Source: a bacterium (GTDB taxonomy: Bacteria; SZUA-79; Acidulodesulfobacterales; Acidulodesulfobacteraceae). From it: a DNA stretch of 64,000 bases. The position numbers and the translations under genes were made by a program. Below the pieces are notes generated by a model. It did no database searches. It saw only the letters and a program-made list of their open reading frames with translations, and had not been told where the DNA came from. Positions 35,811 to 43,482 of this stretch are shown here, in pieces; within the stretch, counting starts at the first letter, position 1; the number at the start of each line of letters is the position of its first letter. The stretch spans positions 14,652-78,651 of the forward strand of contig JAJZJX010000002.1 of the NCBI GenBank assembly GCA_021850985.1. Reading direction: 5' to 3'.

Positions 35811-37181
35811 TTATCTAAGCAGAGAGGTAATATTTTTTTCATCGTCTTTAGCGGCTACTTCATATAGCGTGCCGGCAGTTTTAATATTATAAGTGTTCCA
35901 TTTATTGCAGGAAGGGCATATAGACGAATAATTATAAGAGGTATAGCCGCAGTTGGAACATACAAAAGGCAGTTTAACTGGATAGCTGCCTTTAAGGGCT
36001 TTTCTAAAGTTTACCGAAGCATCGTTATATTTTCCTCTTTTAAAATAACATTCCGCAAGCAGTAAATTTAAGGCGTTATCCTTAAAAATATTAGCCGGGA
36101 TTAAAGATAAAGTTTCTATAGCATCGTCTATCATCTCTAACCTTATATATAATTTTCCTAGAAAAAGCCTGTATTCCCATCTTTCCGGATTGTCGTAAAT
36201 AAGTTCCTGATAAAATCTTATTATATTTTCCGGATGATTGGTTTTTATTGAAACATCCTCTATTTTTATAGCAAGAGCTAAATTAGACGTTTTAAGAAAA
36301 GCTTTCTCCCACAATTCGAAAGCTTCGTTTATTTTTCCTTTCTTTATTAAAGCGTCGCCTAAAGACAAATAAGCCGGCACGAAATTTTTGTCCTGGCTGA
36401 GCACCTGATTGAAACGTTTCATCGATCTTACCGTATCGTTTTCGGATTCAAAAAGATATTTGCCGAATTCATATTTCAACCCCAGCATAACCTGTTCTTC
36501 TTTTTTGTTTATATCTTTATCTTTAGACTGTGAAAGAAAAAGTTTGGACATTCTGTAAGCGTTTTTCCATTCCTCTTTTTTTATAAAAATATCTTTTAAC
36601 TGGGATATGGCGTAAAGGTCGTCGGACGAATATTCGAGCGCTTTATTGAAATAAAAAACGGCTTTATCGTAATCTTTATTTATCTTATAAAGATTACCGG
36701 CTTCATTTAGTGCGGTGACGTTTTCTTTTTCTATTTCTAAAGCTTTATTTAAAGCATTTTCCGCTTCTTTCATTTTTCCTTTATGTTTGTATATTTTTAC
36801 AAGCAGAAGATATGCCCCTATATTATTCGGATAATTAATTAAATACTTTTTGATTAAATCTATTCCTTTATCGTACTGCCCTTTAATATATGCTTCAAAG
36901 GCTTTATTTACGGAATTGTCGAGTTCGGTTTTTATATACTGCTTTCTTTTGTAAAATATATTTTTAATCTGAACTATGGAATCTTTTAAAACGTTTAAAA
37001 TTAAAATAATAGCTATGCCTATAAGGAATGCGGCGAATATATAAATTATAAGATAATTATGTATAACGTAAAGTTTTCCTGGGGCATAATGCAGAGGAAC
37101 CCTCTGGGGGTTAAGGGCATAAAGGTATTCAAAAAATGCGACTAAAATAAGTATCGCGACTATGACGGTTATTATATACAT
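35811..37181 (-). CDS. lapB: LPS assembly protein LapB (YciM)-like TPR protein with LapA-like two-TM N-terminal module and C-terminal rubredoxin-type zinc finger
   Basis: N-terminal 85 aa has 2 TM helices and NPQRVPLHY (LapA/DUF1049-like). It is followed by multiple TPRs and a C-terminal CSNCGYTSYNYSSICPSCNKW. Confidence 0.8.
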   Translation of the reverse strand: MYIITVIVAILILVAFFEYLYALNPQRVPLHYAPGKLYVIHNYLIIYIFAAFLIGIAIILILNVLKDSIVQIKNIFYKRKQYIKTELDNSVNKAFEAYIKGQYDKGIDLIKKYLINYPNNIGAYLLLVKIYKHKGKMKEAENALNKALEIEKENVTALNEAGNLYKINKDYDKAVFYFNKALEYSSDDLYAISQLKDIFIKKEEWKNAYRMSKLFLSQSKDKDINKKEEQVMLGLKYEFGKYLFESENDTVRSMKRFNQVLSQDKNFVPAYLSLGDALIKKGKINEAFELWEKAFLKTSNLALAIKIEDVSIKTNHPENIIRFYQELIYDNPERWEYRLFLGKLYIRLEMIDDAIETLSLIPANIFKDNALNLLLAECYFKRGKYNDASVNFRKALKGSYPVKLPFVCSNCGYTSYNYSSICPSCNKWNTYNIKTAGTLYEVAAKDDEKNITSLLR

Positions 37182-37308
37182 ATTTGACGTCTGCCTTTTA
37201 TTCTATATATTTATATATACTATTTTATTTTGATGTATTTTCCGCATATATACTTCCAGTTTTATTTATTAGTTCACGTTTAAAAATAGCTTTATAGTTT
37301 TAATATTT

Positions 37309-37701
37309 TTAATTAACGCCGGAGGCTTCGCCGAACGAAGATTCCACTACTAATTCTTTAGCTTCAGGCCACAATCCTTCTATATTGTAATAATGCCTGA
37401 GGTCGTCGCTTATTAAATGCACCATAATGCCGCCGTAATCAATGACTATCCATCTTGCGCCCGGCGTAGAAATTCCTTCCTGTCCGAGAGGTTTTTGTTT
37501 GAAAGAAGACAGCAGGTTATCGGCTATAGTGTTAAGATGCCTGTCCGAAGAACCGCTTGCCACGAATATAAAATCGGTAATGCTCGAAATTTTTCTGACG
37601 TCTAAAACGATTATATCGCGGGCTTTTTTTTCCAAAAGCAAATTTATTATATATCTTATATCTTTATTTGTCCTTTTTAAAGGCTTCCTAATTTTATTCA
37701 T
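37309..37701 (-). CDS. rsfS: Ribosomal silencing factor RsfS (Iojap)
   Basis: 130 aa. DIIVLDVRKISSITDFIFVASGSSDRHL...MVHL; nadD-rsfS synteny and 8-nt overlap with nadD. Confidence 0.88.
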   Translation of the reverse strand: MNKIRKPLKRTNKDIRYIINLLLEKKARDIIVLDVRKISSITDFIFVASGSSDRHLNTIADNLLSSFKQKPLGQEGISTPGARWIVIDYGGIMVHLISDDLRHYYNIEGLWPEAKELVVESSFGEASGVN

Positions 37702-38347
37702 ATAATTTATTATTTATTATATAATTAATAACATCGTTTGGCAACAAAAAGAGATTTGAAATATTATTTTTAAAATTATTTCTTATAACGGTAGAAGAAA
37801 TATCAAGCTTAGTCGTATTAAAAAAATAAACTGCTCTTTTTTCGTCTATAACTATTTTCCCCTCTTTTAAATCGGCTTCAGCATTCTTCTTTAAATTATC
37901 GGGTAAAAAATCGATTAGCTTTACTAAATTTTTAAAACCGTATTTCGGCCTGCCTGCTACTATAAAATCTATCGTCTTCAATATCGCTTCGGCGTTTTTC
38001 CAGTTTTTTAAACCGGCAAAAGCATCGGCTCCGACTATGAAATATAAATCGTCGTTTTTGTATTTTTTTTTAAACTCGACTATCGTATCGTAAGAATATG
38101 AAAATCCTCCTCTTTTAATCTCTATGTCGGACGTTTTAAATTTTTGCTCGTCTTTTATCGCAATTTTTATCATTTCGAGCCTTTTTTGCGGATGCGCTTC
38201 GGCTTCGGCGTCTATACTTTTGTTGGAAGTTATATTGGTAGGAACGAATATAACCTCGTCTAAAAATTTTTCAGCGATTTCTTCTGCCGCCCTCAAGTGG
38301 CCGTAATGTATAGGATTAAAAGTACCTCCGAAAATTCCTATTTTCAT
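37694..38347 (-). CDS. nadD: Nicotinate-nucleotide adenylyltransferase
   Basis: MKIGIFGGTFNPIHYGHL (the (H/T)xGH motif) and ISSTVIR near the C-terminus. Confidence 0.93.
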   Translation of the reverse strand: MKIGIFGGTFNPIHYGHLRAAEEIAEKFLDEVIFVPTNITSNKSIDAEAEAHPQKRLEMIKIAIKDEQKFKTSDIEIKRGGFSYSYDTIVEFKKKYKNDDLYFIVGADAFAGLKNWKNAEAILKTIDFIVAGRPKYGFKNLVKLIDFLPDNLKKNAEADLKEGKIVIDEKRAVYFFNTTKLDISSTVIRNNFKNNISNLFLLPNDVINYIINNKLYE

Positions 38348-38390
38348 AATTATAATCTAAATTCCCCTTTTCCTCTTAATAGCTCGATAG

Positions 38391-38496
38391 CTCCCCTCCT
38401 TTTTAAGATATATTTTTCTGCATGTTTATGAAAAGCACGCCTTTTCATGCAGAAAAATATGGTGTCAGGCGTCAGCCTGACGGGGCGGTTAGCCCG
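38391..38496. repeat. Family-C element, expanded 105-nt form (second copy)
   Basis: CTCCCCTCCTTTTTAAGATATATTTTTCTGCATG...GAAAAGcacgcCTTTTC ATGCAGAAAAATAT-GGTGTCAGGCgtcaGCCTGAC-GGGGCGGTTAGCCC. The outer stem is a perfect 15 bp (38410-38424 / 38446-38460). Confidence 0.88.
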
Positions 38497-38508
38497 ATAA
38501 AAAAGTTA

Positions 38509-39819
38509 CTAAGTCCTTTTCTGATAATTCCCGAATACTACGAATTTAGTAGTCGTAAGCTCTTTTGCCCCCATAGGTCCGTATGCGTGAATCTTTGAAG
38601 TGGATATGCCTATTTCAGCGCCCAGTCCAAGTTCGAAACCGTCGTTAAACCTGGTGGAAGCGTTTACGAGTGCGCAGGATGAATTCACTTTTTTTATAAA
38701 CTCGAGAGCGCGCGTATAGTTTTCCGTCAGTATAGATTCGGTATGGTCTGAGCCGTGAAGTCTTATGTGTTCTATGGCTTCGCCGATATTTTTTACGGTC
38801 TTGACGGACAGCGTAAGGTTGAGATATTCGGCATCCCAGTCCGCATCGGCAGCCGGAGTTATAAAGTTAAACCTGCTTTTAAAAATATTCATTATCTCGC
38901 CGTCAACCCTCGTTTCGACCCCGTTCTTTTTAAGTTCGTCAAGCATTGCGGGCATAAAATCGCCCATAATATCGGAATGGACTAAAAGCGTTTCTAAAGC
39001 GTTGCATACCGAAGGTCTCTGGACTTTAGCGTTAATTATAACGTCTATCGATTTTTTTATGTCTGCGTATTTATCGACGTATATATGGCAGACTCCTTTG
39101 TCGTGTTTTATAACCGGAATTTTAGAATTTTCGGTTACGAACGAAATAAGCCCTTCGCCGCCCCTAGGTATAATAAGGTCTATGTATTTTTTGAGCGATA
39201 TCATTTCCGTTATTGCAGACCTGTCTGTATAAGGAATTATGGACACGGCTTCAGGAGGAAGTCCGTTAATTTTAAGGCTCTCAGAAACTATCGACGCAAG
39301 CATTTTATTTGAATTGATAGCCTCGGAACCTCCCCTTAATATTACCGCGTTGCCGGACAATAGGCAAAGAATGGAAGCATCTACGGTAACGTTAGGCCTG
39401 GATTCGTAAATTATTCCTATTACGCCGAGCGGTATTCTCATCCTGCCTACCATGAGTCCGTTAGGCCTTACCGTCATATTTTCTATTTCGCCTACCGGGT
39501 CTTTAATCTTCATTACGTCGTCGATAGAATTAAGCATCGACGAAAAAACTTTGTCGCTGATAAAGAGCCGGTCTATCATAGGCTTGCTTAATCCGGCGGC
39601 CTTTGCGTTTTCTACGTCCTTCGCGTTTTCAGCTTCTATTTTTTTTCTATCTTTTATCAAAAGTTCTTTTAGCGTCGATAAAACGTTAAGTTTTACGGCA
39701 GAACCCGCTTCCGCTATTTTGCAGGCGGCATCGCTGGCTTTTTTTGCGATTTCTTCGATAGAAACGGTACTGCTGTCATCGCTATTAATATTAATATCTG
39801 TATTAATATCCATAACCAT
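38509..39819 (-). CDS. proA: Gamma-glutamyl phosphate reductase
   Basis: 436 aa. ALDH-type catalytic region VCNALETLLVH; proB-proA synteny. Confidence 0.93.
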   Translation of the reverse strand: MVMDINTDININSDDSSTVSIEEIAKKASDAACKIAEAGSAVKLNVLSTLKELLIKDRKKIEAENAKDVENAKAAGLSKPMIDRLFISDKVFSSMLNSIDDVMKIKDPVGEIENMTVRPNGLMVGRMRIPLGVIGIIYESRPNVTVDASILCLLSGNAVILRGGSEAINSNKMLASIVSESLKINGLPPEAVSIIPYTDRSAITEMISLKKYIDLIIPRGGEGLISFVTENSKIPVIKHDKGVCHIYVDKYADIKKSIDVIINAKVQRPSVCNALETLLVHSDIMGDFMPAMLDELKKNGVETRVDGEIMNIFKSRFNFITPAADADWDAEYLNLTLSVKTVKNIGEAIEHIRLHGSDHTESILTENYTRALEFIKKVNSSCALVNASTRFNDGFELGLGAEIGISTSKIHAYGPMGAKELTTTKFVVFGNYQKRT

Positions 39820-39919
39820 ATTTACCTCTTTTTTTCATGTTCGTTTATTCCGAGATTAGTTAGCTTCGCTGGACTTCGTCCGCTTCGCTCGCAATGACGC
39901 AAATAATTGGTTTATTTTT

Positions 39920-41071
39920 TTATATATTTACGACCATCTTGTCCTTATGCACGACAAGGGAAGAAATATTATCTTTTCCGAATTTCGCTTCTATTTCTTC
40001 CGAGCTTAATCCTTTTATTTTTTTAATATCGTCCGAATCTAAATTGGCAATGCCTTTGGATAAAACCGTTCCTTTTTCGTCCAATACGTAAACTCCGTCG
40101 CCTTTTTTGAAATCGCCTTTTATTTTAATTATTCCGCCGGCAAGAAGACTTTTATTTTGATGAGTAATTGCTTCTACGGCTCCTTTATCTACGATTATCT
40201 CCCCCGCCTTTTCCATACCGAATAAAAGCCAGTGCTTTTTTTTGCTGATTTTATTGCCGCGCGAAGAAACTACAAGCGTCCCGCACAATCTGCCTTTTGC
40301 TAAAGAATCCAAGCTTTTTTTATCTTTGCCGGAAGCTATAACGGTATCTATGCCCGCGCTTGCTGCGATAAAAGATGCATAAAGCTTAGACTTCATACCG
40401 CCGGTTCCGTGCGCGCTTTTAGACCCGTCTTTAAAATTTTTAATATAATTTTCTATATCGTCTATAACTTTAACAGGTTTTGCGTCCGGATAAACGGCCG
40501 GATTCTTATCGAAAACCCCGTTGACGTTTGAAAGAACTATAAACAGGTCGGCGCATACCAAGTTCAGAACAAGCGACGACAAATAGTCGTTGTCCGAAAA
40601 TTTTATCTCTTCGTAAGAAACGGTGTCGTTTTCGTTTATTATCGGGATAACGCCGTTACTAATTAATTCGTTTATAGTATTCCGCGCATTAGTAAATCTT
40701 TTTCTGACGGAAACATCCTCTTTAGTCAAAAGAATCTGAGCCGTTTTAATGCCGTATTTTTTAAAAACAGAATCGTAATTTTTCATCAAAACCGGCTGTC
40801 CGCAAGCGGCAAAGGCCTGTTTTTGAGGAATGGAAAAACCGTACATTGCCGGTTTTATGCCGAGTATATCTTTTCCGGCGGCTATAGCGCCGGAAGAAAC
40901 AAGTATTATTTCCTTTTTCTGTAATACGAGCGAATTAACGAAACCGCATATCTTTTTAAAAGAATAAGGCGACAGTTTTCCTTCTTCGTCCAAAAGAACC
41001 TGAGTGCCTATTTTTACGACTATTCTTCTTTTAGAATCGAGATATTTTTTAAAACTATTCTGTTCTTTCAT
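39920..41071 (-). CDS. proB: Glutamate 5-kinase with C-terminal PUA domain
   Basis: 383 aa. RIVVKIGTQVL, VSSGAIAAG, ENDTVS, and PUA-like tail (GEIIVDKGAVEAI...). Confidence 0.93.
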   Translation of the reverse strand: MKEQNSFKKYLDSKRRIVVKIGTQVLLDEEGKLSPYSFKKICGFVNSLVLQKKEIILVSSGAIAAGKDILGIKPAMYGFSIPQKQAFAACGQPVLMKNYDSVFKKYGIKTAQILLTKEDVSVRKRFTNARNTINELISNGVIPIINENDTVSYEEIKFSDNDYLSSLVLNLVCADLFIVLSNVNGVFDKNPAVYPDAKPVKVIDDIENYIKNFKDGSKSAHGTGGMKSKLYASFIAASAGIDTVIASGKDKKSLDSLAKGRLCGTLVVSSRGNKISKKKHWLLFGMEKAGEIIVDKGAVEAITHQNKSLLAGGIIKIKGDFKKGDGVYVLDEKGTVLSKGIANLDSDDIKKIKGLSSEEIEAKFGKDNISSLVVHKDKMVVNI

Positions 41072-41098
41072 TTATATATCTTATAATAATTTTATTAT

Positions 41099-41202
41099 GA
41101 AAAGGTGTCAGATTAATTTTTTTTGCAAATAACTTTCTATGTTAATTGATTTGTTTCGTATGCAAAAAAATAAATCTGACACCTTTTCTTTGACACCTTT
41201 TC
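41099..41202. repeat. Family-B long inverted repeat (28-bp arms, 33-nt loop) plus a 12-nt half-arm duplication
   Basis: GAAAAGGTGTCAGATTAATTTTTTTTGCA (41099-41127) pairs with TGCAAAAAAATAAATCTGACACCTTTTC (41161-41188). An extra TGACACCTTTTC lies at 41191-41202. Located in the obg-proB spacer. Confidence 0.9.
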
Positions 41203-41247
41203 TTCTTAATTCCTTGCTGTCGTCGTCACAAATTTTGATTAAGATAA

Positions 41248-42279
41248 TTATACCGCAATATTCTTTTTATTTAAAATTAAATTTAATTCGTTTTTAAGCT
41301 CGTCTATTCCGGTGCCTTGAACCGCCGATATAAAATAAACGGGAATATTTCGTTCGGAAAAGAACTCGGCTGTTTCTTTAATGATTTTATTTAATTTTCT
41401 CTTGTCCGTTATCAAGTCTATCTTATTGACGGCCGCTATCCTTTCTTTTTTAAGTATATTTTCGTCGTATTCGGTTATTTCTTTAACTACCGCTTCATAT
41501 GAAGCCTTAATTTCTTTAAACGTTCCTATTTCTATAAGATGAAGCAGTATATTGGATCTTTCTATATGGCTTAAAAATTTAAGCCCTAAGCCTGCGCCTT
41601 CGGAAGCGCCTTCTATAATACCCGGAATATCGACTATGGTTAGCGTTTTAGCGGACTCGTCAGGATTATCTCCCGTATAAACGCCAAGATTGGGAGTTTT
41701 AGTCGTAAAAGGGTATGACGCTATTTTTGCATGGGAACCGGTAAGCTTAGATATTAGCGTTGACTTGCCTGCATTGGGAAAACCCACCAAACCTATATCG
41801 CCCAAGCTTTTCAGTACAAGGCGGACTTTTCTGGTTACGCCGGATATGCCCGGCTGAGCAAAACGTGGCCTTCTCTGCGTCGACGACTTAAAGAAAGTAT
41901 TTCCTTTCCCGCCGATACCGCCCCTTAGCAGAACAGTTTCTTCGCCGTCTTTAGCAAGGTCGGCCATTATTTCGCCGGAATCAAAATCTATAACGGTAGT
42001 GCCTATCGGCACGGTTATTACTACGTCCTTTCCGTCCCTGCCTTTTTTGTTGTTTCCCTGCCCGTTGCCGCCCTTTTCCGCAATATACCTCGGTTTATAC
42101 CTGAAATCAAGAAGACTCGTTATGTTATGCGAAGCCTTAAATATAACGTCGCCGCCTTTTCCTCCGTCGCCGCCGTCAGGTCCGCCCTTTGGAATAAACT
42201 TCTCCCTTCTAAAGCTGACAGCGCCCCTGCCGCCGTTTCCGGAAGCAATAGTTATTATTGCGTTATCGACGAATTTCAT
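41248..42279 (-). CDS. obg: GTPase Obg/CgtA
   Basis: MKFVDNAIITIASGNGGRGAVSFRREKF (Obg fold, Gly-rich); G1 GFPNAGKST; G3 DIPGII. Confidence 0.95.
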   Translation of the reverse strand: MKFVDNAIITIASGNGGRGAVSFRREKFIPKGGPDGGDGGKGGDVIFKASHNITSLLDFRYKPRYIAEKGGNGQGNNKKGRDGKDVVITVPIGTTVIDFDSGEIMADLAKDGEETVLLRGGIGGKGNTFFKSSTQRRPRFAQPGISGVTRKVRLVLKSLGDIGLVGFPNAGKSTLISKLTGSHAKIASYPFTTKTPNLGVYTGDNPDESAKTLTIVDIPGIIEGASEGAGLGLKFLSHIERSNILLHLIEIGTFKEIKASYEAVVKEITEYDENILKKERIAAVNKIDLITDKRKLNKIIKETAEFFSERNIPVYFISAVQGTGIDELKNELNLILNKKNIAV

Positions 42280-42359
42280 AGCTAATTTTTTATGCCGTTT
42301 TTAAACGGCTGCGCTTAAATTATTATCTTAGTGATTGAATTATTAAAAATAGTTATAAC

Positions 42360-42448
42360 GGAAAAGGTGTCAGATTAATTTTTTGCAGATATTTTTTTAT
42401 TATTCGAACTATTCCGCATGCAAAAAAATAAAACCTGACACCTTTTCC
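42360..42448. repeat. Family-B long inverted repeat (28-30-bp arms, 31-nt loop)
   Basis: GGAAAAGGTGTCAGATTAATTTTTTGCA (42360-42387) pairs with TGCAAAAAAATAAAACCTGACACCTTTTCC (42419-42448). The loop is unrelated to that of the 41099 copy. It lies 80 nt upstream of obg. Confidence 0.9.
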
Positions 42449-42713
42449 TCTCATACTTTGCTTAACCTGATAAAGAAATTAATAAATATTTTCTATTGCT
42501 GATTAAGGTTTTTATATTGCATTGATTTCTGCATAGAACATGGAATTTCGATAACGATATCGATATAAAATATCTTGCTTATATTAAGTATTTAGAAAAA
42601 TGAGGTTTAGATATATGTTTGGGTTAATAATTAAAGAAAGGAATCGGCAATAGCCGGTATAGTTATTGCTGCGGAATATTTAAGGAAGTAAGTTTATTAA
42701 AACAAATTTTATT

Positions 42714-42743
42714 ATATTGCCTTATAAATTTATAAGGCAATAT
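42714..42743 (-). terminator. Putative intrinsic terminator after rpmA
   Basis: ATATTGCCTTATA-aatt-TATAAGGCAATAT is a perfect 13-bp stem, 22 nt after the rpmA stop. It is followed on the minus strand by AATAAAATTTGTTTTAAT. Confidence 0.5.
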
Positions 42744-42765
42744 ATATATAATTTATAATTTAAAC

Positions 42766-43023
42766 TTATTCCGCAGGTATAATACTGACGAACTTTCTGT
42801 TATTTTTTCCTATATGAAACTTTACAAAACCTTTCATTATAGAATAAAGAGTATAGTCTTTCCCCTCTTTAACGAATTTTCCCGGATGAAAAGACGACCC
42901 TACCTGACGGACTATAATCTCTCCCGGTTTGACCAACTGTCCTCCGAATCTTTTTACTCCCCTTCTTTGCCCCTGACTGTCCCTGCCGTTTCTAGAACTT
43001 CCGCCGGCTTTTTTATGCGCCAT
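42766..43023 (-). CDS. rpmA: 50S ribosomal protein L27
   Basis: [24 protein letters not shown] is the universal L27 N-terminus. 85 aa. Confidence 0.97.
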   Translation of the reverse strand: MAHKKAGGSSRNGRDSQGQRRGVKRFGGQLVKPGEIIVRQVGSSFHPGKFVKEGKDYTLYSIMKGFVKFHIGKNNRKFVSIIPAE

Positions 43024-43066
43024 AATATCACCTTTTACTTAATAATATATAATATAAGTTTATAAT

Positions 43067-43381
43067 TTATGCTATGCCCGTTATCTTGACTTCGGTAAAA
43101 TTCTGCCTGTGGCCTCTTTTTTTTCTTTCGTCTTTGCGGCGTTTCATTTTAAACACGACTATTTTTTTTGCCCTGCCGTTTCTTACCACCGTTCCTTTCA
43201 CGCTTTTATCTTTCAAGGCTTCTTTGTCGGTAACCAATACGTCGCCGTTTTTAACTGCTATCGGCGTAAAAGTCACCTCTTCGCCTTTTTCTTTTCCTAC
43301 CGTTTCTATTCTTAAAATATCTCCCTGAGAAACGACGTATTGCTTTGAGCCGGTATTAATAACGGCGTACTCTTTACTCAT
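43067..43381 (-). CDS. rplU: 50S ribosomal protein L21
   Basis: 104 aa. YAVINTGSKQYVVSQGDILRIE and KRRKDERKKRGHRQNFTEVKI. Confidence 0.96.
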   Translation of the reverse strand: MSKEYAVINTGSKQYVVSQGDILRIETVGKEKGEEVTFTPIAVKNGDVLVTDKEALKDKSVKGTVVRNGRAKKIVVFKMKRRKDERKKRGHRQNFTEVKITGIA

Positions 43382-43445
43382 AACAAATCCTCTTTAGCTT
43401 AAAAATTTAAGGAAAATTAAAAACACATATTAACTTGAATTATTA

Positions 43446-43474
43446 ATTTTAATCGGTTTTAATTATTTTGTCAA
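43446..43474 (-). promoter_or_regulatory. Candidate sigma70 promoter of rplU-rpmA
   Basis: Minus strand reads TTGACA (43474-43469), a 17-nt spacer, then TAAAAT (43451-43446), about 65 nt upstream of the rplU ATG and just after the waaA stop. Sequence-only prediction. Confidence 0.5.
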
Positions 43475-43482
43475 CCGTTTTT

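Noticed and set aside
42616-42654. 12-codon plus-strand mini-ORF (MFGLIIKERNRQ) with a TGAGG upstream
   Set aside because: It is too short, lies on the otherwise almost gene-free strand, and has no supporting features. It cannot be distinguished from chance in AT-rich DNA.
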